Shown here one piece after another: positions 21,878 through 36,135 of a stretch of DNA of 64,000 nt. The position numbers were made by a program, and so were the translations under genes. This DNA comes from Squalus acanthias (lineage: Eukaryota): assembly GCA_030390025.1 (NCBI GenBank), contig CM059432.1, forward strand, positions 146,260,001-146,324,000, given 5' to 3'. Under the pieces are notes generated by a model. The model did no database searches, had not been told where the DNA came from, and was given only the letters and a program-made list of their open reading frames with translations. The first letter of the stretch is position 1, and the number at the start of each line of letters is the position of its first letter.

Positions 21878-22561
21878 GTAAGTACAGTATGACAATATCT
21901 GAAAATTCACTGAGACAAAACAAAGATAATAATGTACTTTACAAAATAAGCGATCAACACGATAGTTCACGAGTGGTGGAACATTTCTTGCAGTTAGCCC
22001 AGTGAATGGAGATTACTTCACATAGAAGGGAGCTCCCCCCCAGTGAATCCACAAGTAGAAAAATTAATAAAATACACTGGGAGGGGAGGGGGAGAAATTC
22101 AGTTGGTCAGCGCCTCCCGTTAGCGCCTGGCGATTGAAGTAGCGCCGGGGCGAGGCGAATCCAGCGCCGCACGCCAAATCCGGTCGTCCCTTAGCTGCGC
22201 CGCTAACAGTTAGCGCCCGGGGCTTTAGCGCCAGGTAGATTGTGACGTCAGTGAGCGTGCAACGCTCACTCAGCGCCCGATCTGCCAAATTGATTATCGC
22301 CCCGTGCCTTAGCGCCTCGCCCCGACAACGACAGGAAGAGGAGGCGTGAAGCAGGCGGATGGCGGCTCCAGGGCGATATTTAAAGGGATCAGTCGCAGCT
22401 GTCAGGTTCGTGCTGTTTCACTGCTTCCTTGTCAGTTTACGATTGTGCAAGACTTTAATTCAGTCATTTAAAGGTTCTTTAGTATCAGGAGTGTTGTGGC
22501 TCCTAAAAATTTGTTACATTTATTCTGACAAAATGTCAAACTGCTACACATCGTTACATTA

Positions 22562-23731
22562 ATGGGGGCTGTACTGGCAGTCGACCTCACCCTCCAGGAT
22601 CTACTGCGGAGGGAGCTGAGGCAGCGAGAAAGATTGCAAGATGTGGCCAGAGGGAGGAGGAGGGACATCAGCGCTCTCAACAGGAGGCCTTACCCTCCGA
22701 GGGTATTCCGAGAGCACGTCTCCTACCTCCAACTAAGCGAGGAGCAGTGCATTAGAAGGCTCTGCTTCAGCAAGGATATGGTCACCGAACTCTGCCACCT
22801 CCTGCAACCAGACCTCAAGCCAACATCAGGTCAACCACGGCTCTCCCAGTGGCAGTCAAGGTCACCGTCGCCCTCAATTTCTTCGCCAGCGGTTCCTTTC
22901 AGTCTGCAACAGGAGAAATAGCGAACATCTCACAGTTTGCTGGCCATCGCTGCATACGGGAGGTCACAGAGGCTGTCTACAGTAGGAGAAGGGACTACAT
23001 TTCCTTCCCCATCAGTAGAGAGAAGCAGGATGAACGTGCATGTGGCTTTGCCAGGATAGTGGGATTCCCCATGGTGCAGGGCGCCATTGACTGCACTCAC
23101 GTGGCTTTGCAGGCACCGCATAACAATCCTGAGGTCTTCCGTAACCACAAAGGCTACCACTCACTGCGGTTGGTGTGCGACCACAGACAGCAAATCCTCA
23201 ATGTGAATGCACGCTACCCTGGCAGCAGCCACGATACCTTCATCCTATGCCAAACCGGTGTGCCAGCACTCTTCCAGTCATGACATCAAGCTCGCGGCTG
23301 GCTGCTCAGAGACAAGGGCTATCCACTCTCCACCTGGCTCATGACTCCCCTCCACAACCTCAACACTCCTGCTTAGCACTCATTTAATGAGAGCCATGCC
23401 ACCACCAGGAACATCATCGAGCAGACCATCAGGGTGCTCAAGCAACGGTTCCAGAGGAACCCTCCAGTACTCGGCTGAGCGGGTGTCCCATTTTGTGGTG
23501 GTCTGCTGCATGCTCCCCAACTTGGCCATTATTAAGGCCCAGCCCTTGCCACCAGGGATTGCGGGACCGCCTCAGGAGGTAGAAGAAGGAGAGGAAGAGG
23601 AAGACGAGGATGAGGAGGAAGAGGAGGAGGAGGAGGAGGAGGAGGTACAGCAGTGAGGGAGGAGGTAGCCACTCAATCGGCCTTCGGGAAGGGCGGTCCG
23701 TGACCACCTCATCAGACTGCGGTTCCAATAA
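22562..23731 (+). pseudogene. Harbinger transposase pseudogene
   Basis: MGAVLAV...GAIDCTH...; frameshifts and in-frame stop at 23281. Confidence 0.9.
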
Positions 23732-23897
23732 ATTAAACCCCAGATCCCCGTTGCTCACCACATCCCCATCATTCCATCCCTGTCGCAGGCCATATCACAG
23801 CACAAAGCTGAAATGAGAGACACCATAAAATCATCCAAAGCCAATTAATAAAGTATTTCAATAATAAGTGAACACATATTTACAACAACAATATTAA

Positions 23898-25704
23898 CTA
23901 TTCACCCTTGTGCAATCCCTTAGTGCCTCTCGTTACTGTGCCTTTGCCTACTCTAGTGCTCCTACAAAGTGTTGGCCCAGTGGCTGCAGCACGGCTGGTG
24001 GAAGGCTGCTGAGTGTCCGTGAGGGTGACTTCAGATGGCCTTGCAGGACGCCCTCGACCAGCACTGGGCCTAGAAGGCCCGGCTGTAGACTGCACCACCT
24101 CAGCATGGGCGGCAGCAGTCTGGGCTGGCGGGCTGACAGGCAGGGACAAGGGCAATGGCAGAGTGGCAGTGGTGGGAGCAGGAATGCTGTCATCCTGAGG
24201 GAGGACAGCAGGTTCCTGCTCCACTGACCCACTCCCACTCCCCCGGGGCAGCTCCTCAGCATCCCTCGCAATCTGTTGGAGCACAGATTGCTGGCCTGCT
24301 GCGACACCGTGAAAGCCCCGGTCGATGGTGGTAGACCCAGCCATGATGGCAGCAGTCAGAGCTTGCGTGGCATCAAGCTGAGACTGCATGAGAGCAGTCT
24401 GAGAATTGATGGCACCAACCATAGACTGCATTACAGCACTAAGATGTTGCGTGGCTTCCGCCTGTGCTGCAATGGAAGCTGCCAGATCGCCCATCACACG
24501 CGGCATCAGGTTTGGGTCACCACGGTCTCTCTGGGAGTCCACCATCCTTTGCAGACTGGAAATGATGGACTCCATGTTGTGCGCAGAGCTCTGTGCAATG
24601 TTGGAGGCGGACTCCTCCATGCTCCTTAACATTGCTGAGAGGCTCTCGGGAACCCTTGCCATTGCACCTATCATCTCCCTGTGCATGCCCATCACCCTTC
24701 TTTTAAAGGCCTCCCCATTGAGGTCCTCATCTGAGTCCTGTGCAGCAGAACTCACGCGCGTACTTGCCTCCGGGGAGCTACCCTTTCCCCCAGCCTTGTT
24801 GCAGCCCGCTCATTCCCAGTGCCTCACCCTGTGCAGATCCTACTGCTATACTAGCCTCTAAAGAACGCGTAGTGCCAGTATCTGAGCTGGTGCCTGCGGG
24901 TGAGACATGCAGTGACGCGGTGTGTTCTTCCTCCTCCTCTTCTCCCGCCTCGCTCTCTACGGTGCCCTCAGGGACAGGCTGCTCAGCTGCTTGCTCATTA
25001 TCTGAAAGTATAAAGGCACAAGAGTCGGGTTAAGGTGAGGGGAGGGGGGCAGGAAGGGAGAAAGGCTGCGTACAGCATGTCCCCAAGGGGGCCAACATCG
25101 CCGGTGGCCACAGCGCCCACCACCTGGCGCCCCATGATTTGCAGCACTCTTTCCTCCAGCGCAGACAGTGGTTGGGTGTCGGCTTGTCCCCCACCTGTGC
25201 GCTCCTGCTCCCTCCTGTTCTGAGCGACCTTGGCCTGCAAGAGAGAGGAAAGTGTGTGAGTGAGTGTGGAGCAATGTGTTTGGGAGATGTGCCTGCCATA
25301 GTTGAATAGCTGGCATTGTGTGCAAGGTGTGAGATGTGGGTGTGAGTGTTGGTAGGTGGAGATTGTTGGTGGGTGAGCGCTGGGGGTGTGGTGCTTTGGG
25401 CAGTGTGTGCAGACTGAGGTTCAGATGGTGGTATGTAGCATTTGTTGAAGCATTGACTTACCCTGACCACCCGAGTGAGGTTGTTAAATTTCTTCCCGCA
25501 CTGTGTGTGGGTCCTGGGGAGCACAGTGCTGCCCGAGACCTGCTGGGCTCCCTCCCTCCTCATGACGCGGAAGACTTGCGGTGAGGGCCTCCTGCCACTT
25601 GCCGGGTACTGCACCGCCCTCCATCTCTCCACAATGAGGACCAAGGCCTCCAATGCCTGGTCGCAGAATCTGCGAGCTCTCTCCCTGGGCCATTGATCTG
25701 CCAT
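23898..25704 (-). pseudogene. Harbinger Myb/SANT gene, three-exon, disrupted
   Basis: MADQWPRERARRFCDQALEAL...QCGKKFNNLTRVVR|GTAAGT; AKVAQNRREQERTGGG exon; exon 3 from 25001. Confidence 0.85.
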
Positions 25705-26397
25705 AATGACACCTCCTTCAGTGGTCCGGTTCCTTCTCTTTGGCCTTCTGCTGCTTGCTGAGACAGCTGCAGAACCAGCAATGCTGAGAATGAGGTTCTG
25801 CAGCATCAATGAACCTCCCCTTTAAGAACTGGAAAGAGCCTGTGGCAATGATGACTAGCGATTAGACTGCACCTGAAATTGCTCAGCACTTTGAGTCTAA
25901 CGCCACTGAGCTAGGTCATTAGCACTTGATTTAGCGCTCCAGTACTTTCTTTGAGTGATGTCACTGAATTTAGCGTGCAACGAGATTCATTAGCGCTTGG
26001 CGCTAAATCTCAAACTTTTCAGAAGTTAGCGCTCATTCCTGGGCTATAATGAATTTCTCCCCCACTGTCTTGTTTTCAATAGAGTAAGTTAGTATTATTT
26101 ATGGAATCTAGAAATTGCTTTTGTCGGCAGTGATAATGAAAGTGACAAGGAAAAGTATTTGTAACTGTCGGTTAAACTTTATTTCATTTGTGATTACGTC
26201 ACTTTTACAATGGTTAATATTATCATGCGTAAACTGAAAGAGATTATGGCTCAAAAACCTCCTGATACGATTACTATGACTAGGGCTTATCAAATATCAA
26301 AACTGTAAAAATGTTCGTTTGATTTGTATTGGACAAAAGAACTCCCGAGTTGTCTGTAGGGCCTCTGTGAAATTTATCCTTACACTGAATACACAGT

Positions 26398-27860
26398 GAG
26401 GAACACTGGAACAGGAGTAGGCCATTCAGCTCCTTGATCCGTTCAATAAGATCATGGCTGATCTGTGCCTCAACTCCACTTGCCTGCCTTTGCTCCATAT
26501 CCTTGACACCCTTACCTCACAAGATTCTATCTGTCGCAACCTTGAAAGCTTCAATTGTCCTAGCATCCACTGCCTTTTGAGGGCGAGAATTCCAGGTTCC
26601 TATGACCCTATGTGTGAAAAAGTGCTTCCAGATTTCCCTCCTAAATGGCCTAATTCTAATTTTAAATTATATCCCCTCATTCTTGATTCCCCCATCAGCC
26701 AAAATTGTTTATTTGTATCTACCCTATCGAATCCTTTAAACACTTTAAACAACTTGATCAGATCACCCCTCAATTGGCTTTTCTCCAATCGAGATCTTTT
26801 ACTCCCGGTCTAACTTTGTCCTTTTCCATAACTACGCTAAATCTAACTGAATTATGATCACTTCCACCAAAATGCTCTCCCACTGATACCCCTTCCACCT
26901 GCCCAGCTTCATTCCCTAAAACTAAGTCCAGAACTGCCCCTTTATTGTTGGGCTTGCTACGTACTGGCTAAAAATGTTCTCCTGAATGCATTTGAAGAAT
27001 TCGGCACCCTCTATACCTTTTACACTCATTCTATTCCAGTTAATATTAGGGTAGTTGAAGTTCCCTACTATTACTGCCCTATTGTTTTTGCACTTCTCAG
27101 AGATTTGGCGACATATTTGCTCTTCTCTCTCCCTCTGACCATTTGGGAGTCTATATTACACAGCCAGCAGTGTGATTGCCCCTTTTTTGTTCTTCAATTC
27201 AACCCATATGGCCTCATTTGATGATCCTTCTAACATATCATCCCTCCTCACAGCTGCAAATGTTTCTTTAACTAATATTGTGATCGCCCCTCTTTTTTTA
27301 ACCCCTCTCTATCTCGCCTGAAAACCCTGTAACCAGGAATGTTGATCTGCCATTCCTGCCCTTCTTTCAGCCATGTTTCAGTACTAGCTATAATATCATA
27401 CTACATCAAACGTAGCTCTCGGCCTCGTGGATACACTGCAGTGATGCCAGCCACTGCTCACGCCCTGAAACCCGAGCTCGAGCACCTCCAGCTGACGACA
27501 CTTCCTGCACATGTGGTTGTCCAGGACACGAGAAGCATCCTGGACTTCCCACATGGCACAGGATGTGCATTCGATGGGACTGAGGTGCCCTGCCATGTCT
27601 CTGTTTATTAGACTACTAACCAAACTTCTTTGTTTAACCCAGTGCGCTAACTTAGAGAGAAAAAAGACAAAAAGAACCACTGAGATACTAAACACAAAGA
27701 ACCTAGATATTATATAGTTAGATACTTACCTTAGAATCCTCGGTTCTGTGGCTTCACTCCTTCTTTTGAGTTGGACATGAGAAACCGCCTTCCTCCTCTC
27801 CATCGAATTCCTACTAACACCAAATTCTTCTGCTTGTGATCCACTCCGATTGTGATTCAC
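26398..27860 (-). mobile_element. CR1 fragments: 3' end, APE endonuclease region and ORF1 N-terminal zinc finger
   Basis: QLRGDLIKLFK; APE-like YDIIASTETWLK; MAGHLSPIECTSCAMWE...CRKCRQ. Confidence 0.8.
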
Positions 27861-27920
27861 CCAGCTCTGTCTTCAAGCACTGTGCTCAAGCTCATATGGA
27901 TTTGTGTTTCTGGATATACA

Positions 27921-28764
27921 GGGCTGGATTTTCATTGACCCGTGGAGGCGGGTTTGGAGGCGTGTGGGGGGTTAAAGTTACAGATTCGGGGGTCCCGACC
28001 CCACCCCGCCCCCAACCCACCTCCATGCCAGTTTCGCTGGAGGCGGGTACCCGACCTGTGCTGGGACCCGCCTCCCCGAGGCGGGAAGGGGATTAGTGAC
28101 AATTAACTGCCTGTTAACAGGTAGTTAACAGGCAGTTTGTTGCCTAATCCCTATTTATAGCCCTAAAATGTGGGCTTCCCGACAGGTCCCAACCACGCCA
28201 TTTCAGCGAGGCGGACCGTGGGTCTGCAGGGGTTGGAGGGGTCGATATGTCCGGTGGGCAGGTGAGTGATGGGTGCATGTGTGCAGAGGTAAGTGTGTAA
28301 GGTAAGTGTAAAGTGTGGAAAAAAGTTTTACTTACCTTAACTTCCTCCTGCAGCTGTCGGCCCTTCAGGTCTCGGGAGTCAGAAATCTCACCGGCACAGA
28401 AAGCAGAATGGCCGTTGAGCTGTCAAAAGCTGCAGCCTCTGTTTTCTGTGCTGGATTGATTTCTAACTCAGCCTGAGAGGAAGGACTCAAGTTAGAAGAC
28501 AGATTGTCAGTGTTTGACAGCTTCACAGAGCTGTCAAACGCTGATATTTCATCTGTCAAAAGCTCTTGACAGATGAAATGTCAATCTGTGACGTCACCTA
28601 TTGCCGGGTGGCCCTTGAGTGGCCTGCTGAGCTCGCTGGGCGGGCTCAACAAGGTCAATCAAGTGAAAATACAGTGGGTTGGCCACAAGTCGATGGAGGC
28701 AGGACTACAACCCAAAAAGTGGGAGTCCCGCCTCCATCCCGTCCCCAGTATCAAAATCCAGCCC
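27921..28764. mobile_element. Non-autonomous Harbinger-type element (MITE)
   Basis: 12-bp perfect TIR GGGCTGGATTTT / AAAATCCAGCCC; GGAGGCGGG subterminal motifs. Confidence 0.7.
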
Positions 28765-29694
28765 ATTGAATGTACCAGATGAAAGTTATCCCATATGAGA
28801 TCCAGTCGGTCCCCATCACTCCTGTGAGGCGTAAAGTGCTTCAACATTGATAGTGTGTCTAGGACCTGGCTTATAGTGAGTTTCAAGAATGGCTGTTGGA
28901 GGCTTGGAAAACAAATGCCTCTTTCTCTGTCCTCTTGGGGTAATGATAGTTCGGCAAGGTTTCAGGTCTCACCTCAAATGCCACTCTCTGAGCCCCAGCA
29001 TCAAAGTGCGATAAGATTGTTCTCTTCTGGTTCAAAGTCTACTTTGTTCAAGCCCCCATACTGCAGCAGTCAAAATGGGACCTTCCGATCTGACTGAATA
29101 AACTCCCAGTCATTGGTTGGTGAGAGGGGAGGGGGGAAAGTGAAAGGCTCTGATGTGATCCTGAATGACAGTGTACTGTGGTACATCTTGATACTGAATT
29201 TACTATTCAGTGTTATGTGGAAATGACTGAATTAAAAGGGGACACGTTCAACAGTTTGCCTGGCATTGTCTTTTGTTGATGGAGCTGCACTCCACCAAAC
29301 AGTGGTCTTTCAAAGCTGATACCTTTCTCTCCATCTTTCCTCATAATAAAATGTTAGCGACCATATTCTAGATATCAACTACCGATCCACCTACAATATA
29401 GTTTCACTTCAGCATCTGCTGCATATACATCAGCATAATCTGGACAAATATACTAATCTGCTTGTTGGTGTGGTGGCCTGGGCCTTTATGGAAATGTTGA
29501 ACTGTATGGCAAGTGGATCACAATGTATCATTAAGGATCTGAGTACATGCAGGGCCTTGTGGATAAATTATTCTTTTAGCTGTTTTAAAAATTGCATACT
29601 CTCTAGCTAGATTAACAATGCTTTCAACCAGCTAACTAGCTCGTTCGCTGCGTGGGAAGTGTTAAAGGATCATTACTGCACAGCAATAAGAAGA

Positions 29695-32620
29695 ATAAAA
29701 CCGGACGGACAACCCGACATTGAACTAGGCACTGGCTTTGGACACGACAACGGCACACCCAGCCCAGTTAAGCCTGCAAAGTCCTCCTGACTAACATCTG
29801 GAGAATTGTGCCAAAATTGTGAGAGCTGTCCCACAGACTAGTCAAGCAACAGCCTGACATAGTCATTCTCACAGAATCATACCTTTCAGCCAATGTCCCA
29901 GACTCCTCCATCACCAGCCCTGTGTATGTCCTGTCCCACCGGCAGGTCAGACCCATCAGGGGTGGCGGCACAGTGATATACAGTCGGGAGGGAGTGGCCC
30001 TGGGAGTCCTCAACATTGACTCCAGACCCCATGAAGTCTCATGGCTTCAGGTCAAGCATGGGCAAGGAAACCTCCTGCTGATTGCCACCTACCGCCCTCC
30101 CTCAGCTGATGAATCAGTACTCCTCCATGTTGAACACCACTTGGAAGAAGCACTGAGGGTAGCAAGGGCACAGAATGTACTATGCGTGAGGGACTTCAAT
30201 GTCCATCACCAAGAGTGGCTCGGTAGCACCACTACTGACCGAGCTGCCGACTCCTGAAGGACATAGCTGCCAGACTGAGCCTGCAGCAGGTGGGGAGAGA
30301 ACTAACACGAGGGGAAAAACCTACTTGACCTGGTCCTCATCAATCTACCTGTCGCAGATGCAGCTGTCCATGACAGCATTGGTAGCAGTGACCACCACAC
30401 AGTTCTTTTGGAGACGAAGTCCCGTTTTCACACTGAGGGCACCCTCCATCGTGTTGTGTGGCGCTACCACCGTGCTAAATGGAATAGATTCAGAACAGAT
30501 CTAGCAGCTCAAAACTGGGCATCCATGAGGTGCTGTGGGCCATCGGCAGCAGCAGAACTGTATTCCACCACAATCTATAACCTCATGGCCCGGCATATCC
30601 CTCACTCTACCATTACCATCAAGCCAGGGGACCAACCCTGGTTCAATGAGGAGTGCAGAAGAGCATGCCAGGAGCAGCACCAGGTGTACCTAAAAATGAG
30701 GTGCCAACCTGGGGAAGCTGCAACACAGGACTACATGCATGCTAAACAGTGGAAACAGCATACTATTGAAAGAGCTAAGCGATCCCACAATCAACAGATC
30801 AGATCAAAGCTCTGCAGTCCTGTCACATCTAGTCATGTATGGTGGTGGACAATTAAACAACTAACGGGAGGAGGAGGCTCCATGAATATCTCCATCCTCA
30901 ATGATGGCGGAACCCAACACGCGAGTACAAAAGACAAGGCTGAAGTGTTTGCAACCTACTTCAGCCAGAAGTGCCAAGTGGATGATCCCTATTGGCCTCC
31001 TCCTGAGTTCCCCACCATCACAGAAGCCAGACTTCAGTCAATTCGATTCACTCCACGTGATATCAAGAAACGGCTGAGCACACTGGATACAGCAAAGGCT
31101 ATGGGCTCTGACAACATCCTGGCTGTTGCGCTGAAGACTTGTGCTCCAGAACTAGCTGCGCCTCCAGCCAAGCTTTACCAGTAATGCTACAACACTGGCA
31201 TCTATCCGACAATGTGGAAAATTGCCCAGGTATGTCCAGTTCACAAAAAATAGGAAAAATCCAATCGGCCAATTACTGCCCCATCAGTCATTTTGAATCA
31301 TCAGCAAAGTGATGAAGGTGTCATCGACAGTGCTATCAAGCGACACTTACTCACCAATAACCTGCTCACCGATACTCAGTTTGCGTTCCGCCAGGACCAC
31401 TCGGCTCCAGACCTCATTACAGCTTTAGTCCAAACATAGACAAAAGAGTTGAATTCCAGAGGTGAGGTGAGAGTGACTGCCCTTGACATCAAGGCAGCAT
31501 TTGAACGAGAGTGGCATCAAGGAGTCCTCGTAAAATTGAAGTCAATGGGAATCAGGGGGTAAACCCTCCACTGGCTGGAGTCATACACAAACAAAGACGG
31601 TTGTGGTTGTCGGTGGTCAATCATCTCAGCCCCAGGACATCTCTGCAGGAGTTCCTCAGGCCCAGTCATCTTCAGCTGTTTCATTAATGACCTTCCTTTC
31701 ATCATAAGGTCAGAAATGGGGATGTTCACTGTTGATTGCACAGTGTTCAGTTCCATTCGCAACTCCTCAGAAAATGAAGCAGTCCATGCCCGCATACAGC
31801 GAGACCTGGATGACATTCAGGCTTGGGCTGATAAGTGGCAAGTAACATTCACACCACACAAGTGCCAGGCAATGACTATCTCCAACAAGCGAGAGTCTAA
31901 CCACCGCCTCTTGACATTCAACGGCATTACCATCGCCGAATCCCCCACCATCAACATCCTGGGGGGGTCACCATTGACCAGAAACTTAACTGGACCAGCC
32001 ACATAAATACTGTGGCAACAAGAGCGGGTCAGAGGCTGGGTATTCTGTGGTGAGTGTCTCCCCTCCTGACTCCCTAAAGTCTTTCCACCATCTACAAGGC
32101 ACAAGTCAGGAGTGTGATGGAATACTCTCCACTTGCCTGGATGAGTACAGTTCCAACAACACCCAAGAAGCTCGACACCATCCAGGACAAAGCAGCCCGC
32201 TTGATTGACACCCCATCCACCACCTTAAACATTCACTCCCTCCACCATTGGCACACCGTGGCTGCAGTGTATACCATCTATAAGATGCACTGCAGCAACT
32301 CGCCAAGGCTTCTTTGGCAGCACCTCCCAAACCCGCGACCTCTACCACCTAGAAGGACATGGGCAGCAGATGTATGGGAACACCATCACCTCCAAGTTCC
32401 ACACCAAGTCGCACACCATCCTGACTTGGAAATATTCCGCCGTTCCTCCATCGTCCCTGGGTCAAAATCCTAACAGCACTGTGGGATTACCTTCACCACA
32501 AGGACTGCAGCGGTTCAAGAAGGCGGCTCACCACCACCTTCTCAAGGGCAATTAGGGATGGGCAATAAATGCTGGCCTTGCCAGCGATGCTCGCATCGCA
32601 GGAACAAATATAAAAAAAAG
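29695..32620 (+). mobile_element. LINE-B, near-complete ORF2 (APE and RT), decayed
   Basis: APE motifs (ILTES, YRPPS, DFNVHH, SDH), RT motifs, same 3' tail as 8757-10750. Confidence 0.92.
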
Positions 32621-33899
32621 TTGTGTCTTTATCGGTTCATGTTTTAATTACTAATCAAAATCACTTTCTTAAGAAATGCCTTTTCAAATCTGCATTTCCA
32701 TGTTTATGGGTTGGAAATTACATTGAAAAACAGACAATTCTCCTGTTTTTCAATAAAAGAGGAAATTATAGCCTGGCGTGAGCTTTACTGCAGTGTCTCA
32801 TCGGTTCTTTAACCTGGTGAAGTTCAAAAGTGCTGTTTTATCAAAGATAATGGAGATGTCTGATTGAATTATTTGAAAGACAGAAAGAGGCAGAATCTGC
32901 CAGAAGTTTGATTAACTGAACTGGGCTTGGAGTCTCAGTGCTTTTATTGTCTAATGGCAGATAGTCAGTGATTGTGTTTTGTTTTCCAGGACCAATGAAC
33001 ACATCAAATCCTCTAAATGCTAAATCAATTTACCGCAGCTACCTTTGAAATGTGACAGCTGCTGCTGGTACATTAATCAATTTGGAAAGTCCTTTCACAA
33101 TGATTCTACTGGTGATTTTATTTTCATTTTCTATTTTCAGATGATTTAAACCTGCTCGGCTTGTCTGATTATTTGATAGTGCAGCTATTCCTGTATCAGA
33201 CAAAAACACCCAGCTAACATTTTAAACTCTTCTTCTCTCACTTCGAACATAACACTTGCATAATCTGCACCTTTAGTGGCCTCATTATTCTGTTTTGTGT
33301 TACACAGTCGTAACAGACTCCGAAGGGGACAACAAATACTCAAGTGTCGATTCGCAATACTCCGCTGTGTGATAATCGCGCAGCTATATAAAATGGGCTA
33401 AAGATATTGTTAAACTATCGAAAGAGGAACCTCATACAAATGTACAAACATGTTTGTATGTTACTATCGCCCAATGCTTGCTTTCTTATGGTAAGACAAA
33501 TTAAATCTTTAATTTAAGGAGTTCGAAGTTAATTAATTGCCAGGACAGGGTCCGCCCCTACAGCTATTTTTTCTGTAGCTGTTGTAGGTTTTTTTTCAAA
33601 CTCAGATTGAAGTACTACATAGGTTGAACAGTTGAAACATAGTAATTTGGAGTGTAAGTCTGGAGAACGCATGACAGTGATTTGCTTAAATACAATCTAA
33701 GTACAAATCTTACAATACGTCACTCAGAATATGCCTGATTTCACATTGCAGCAATCAAATCTGACCTTTTGTGCTTTCTGACATGTAATGCGATAGGTAT
33801 AGACCGAATTAAAGACTTAAAATTGAGTTTTGTTCCAACTGTTATGTTATTAATGAATTGCCTGTATCGTTATCCACAGTCACTTGGTGAATATTGTGA

Positions 33900-34512
33900 A
33901 TAAGCAGGGAAGTCTTGCTTCAGCTATACAGGGTACTGGTGAGGCCACACCTGGAATACTGCGTACAGTTTTGGTTTCCATATTTAAGAAAAGATATACT
34001 TGCTCTAGAGGCAGTTCAGAGAAGGTTCACTCGGTTGATTCTGGAGATGAGGGGGTTGACTTATGAGGAAAGGTTGAGTAGGTTGGGCCTCCACTCATTG
34101 GAATTCAGAAGAATGAGAGGCGATCTTATCGAAACATATAAGATTGTGAGAGGGCTTGATCGGGTGGAGGCGGCGAGGATGTTTCCACTGATGGGTGAGA
34201 CTAGAACTAGGGGGCATAATCTTAGAATAAGGGGCTGCCGTTTCAAAACTGAGATTAGGAGAAACTTCTTCACTCAGAGGGTAGTAAATCTATGGAATTT
34301 GCTACCTCAGAGAGCTGTGGAAGCTGCGACATTAAATAAATTTAAAACGGAGATAGACAGTTTCCTAGCTGATAAGGGAATTAAGGGTTATGGGGAGCGG
34401 GCAGGGAAGTGGACGTGAGTCTAGATTCGGATCAGCCATGATCCTATTGAATGGCGGAGCAGGCCCGAGGGGCCATATGGCCGACTCCTGCTCCTACTTC
34501 TTATGTTCCTAT
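33900..34512 (+). mobile_element. CR1 3' fragment
   Basis: LQLYRVLVRPHLEYCVQFW...GYGERAGKW. Confidence 0.93.
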
Positions 34513-34579
34513 ATATGTACAAGATGGTGATGAAGTTGGGAGAGAGATTTCAGAAACTTACTGTATGGAGCCACCTAGT

Positions 34580-35180
34580 GTTTTTTTTATTCGTTTATGG
34601 GATGTGGGCGTCGCTGGCAAGGCCAGCATTTATTGCCCATCTCTAATTGCCCTTGAGAAGGTGGCGGTGAGCCGCCTTCTTGAACCGCTGCAGTCCGTGT
34701 GGTACAGCAGTGCTGTTAGGGAGGGAGTTCCAGGATTTTGACCCAGCGACGATGAAGGATTGGCCGATATATTTCCAAGTCAGGATGGTGTGTGACTTGG
34801 AGGGGAACTTGGAGGTCGGTGGTGTTCCCATGTGTCTGCTGCCCTTGTCCTTCTAAGTGGAAGAGGTCGCGGGTTTGGGAGGTGCTGCCGAAGAAGCCTT
34901 GGCGAGTTGCTGCAGTGCATCTTGTAGATGGTACGCACTGCAGCCACGGTGCGCCGGTGGTGGAGGGAGTGAATGTTTAAGGTGGTGGATGGGGTGCCAA
35001 TCAAGCGGGCTGCTTTGTCCTGGATGCCGTCGAGCTCCTTGAGTGTTGTTGGAGCTGCACTCATCCAGGCAAGTGGAGAGTATTCCATCACACTCCTTAC
35101 TTGTGCCTTGTAGATGGTGGAAAGGCTTTGGGGAGTCAGGAGGTGAGACACTCGCCGCAGAATACCTAGACTCTGACCTT
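34580..35180 (-). mobile_element. LINE-B 3' fragment
   Basis: YKAQVRSVMEYSPLAW; shared tail. Confidence 0.9.
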
Positions 35181-35732
35181 TAACTACATAGTGGCAATTG
35201 ACAGCAAAATTGAATGGGTAATGTTAACAGAAAAGAATGCCAAAGATCATGACAACAAGAAGGAAGGTGTACGGGCAGCAATTGTGTTACTTATACAAGA
35301 TTTCTGATAATGTATAGATATTGTCATAGAACCAATGTGGAACAATATTGTACAGGATGCGACCATCAGGGCACCACGGTTCAGTTACTCAGATTCAGCT
35401 GAACAAATACCTGGCGTGGAGCTCATCCTGCTCTGTGTTGGATGACAATCGCTGAGCGCTCCAAAATACAGACAGAGATCGAAACAGAAGCTAGAAAACC
35501 TCCAGGCAGGAAGATCTGTGGAGAAGCTGTAAAACTAAGGTATCACTTAATTTTTTCAGGCCTCTCTTGCCTCACTGCCTGGACCATTCTGAGTTGACGT
35601 GGACCAGGTGCAGAGTCTGCTGGCAACTTCTTCTGGTGCCCCTCAATAGGCACCCTTCCAATAAATATGGCAGAAAATGAGGTGAGAGGGCTGTGGATGC
35701 CTCTTCCTACCTTGTTTCAGGGTTGCCCTTTC

Positions 35733-36135
35733 CATACATACGAACATACGAATTAGGAGCAGGAGTAGGCCACTCGGCCCCTCGAGCCTGCTCCGCCATT
35801 CAATAAGATCATGGCTGATCTGATTACTCCACATTCCCGCCTACCCCCGATAACCTTTCACCCCCTTGCTTATCAAGAATCTATCTACCTCTGCCTTAAA
35901 AATATTCAAAGACTCTGCTTCCACCGCCCTCTGAGGAAGAGAGTTCCAAAGACTCTGTGAGAAAAAAATTCTCCTCATCTCTGTCTTAAATGGGTGTCCC
36001 CTTTATTTTTAAACAGTGACCCCTAGTTCTAGATTCTCCCACAAGAGGAAACATCCTCTCCACATCCACCCTGTCAAGACCCCTCAGGATCTTATATGTT
36101 TCAATCAAGTCACCTCTTACTCTTCTAAACTTCAG
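35733..36135 (-). mobile_element. CR1 3' fragment with (CATACGAA)n tail
   Basis: CR1 3' UTR (GGCCACTCGGCCCCTCGAGCC) and RGDLIETYK. Confidence 0.9.

Larger units (their letters stand above)
22088..26063 (+). mobile_element. Full-length but decayed Harbinger (copy 3)
   Basis: Perfect 14-bp TIRs GGGGGAGAAATTCA / TGAATTTCTCCCCC; same convergent two-gene layout as copy 1; TSD ambiguous. Confidence 0.93.
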
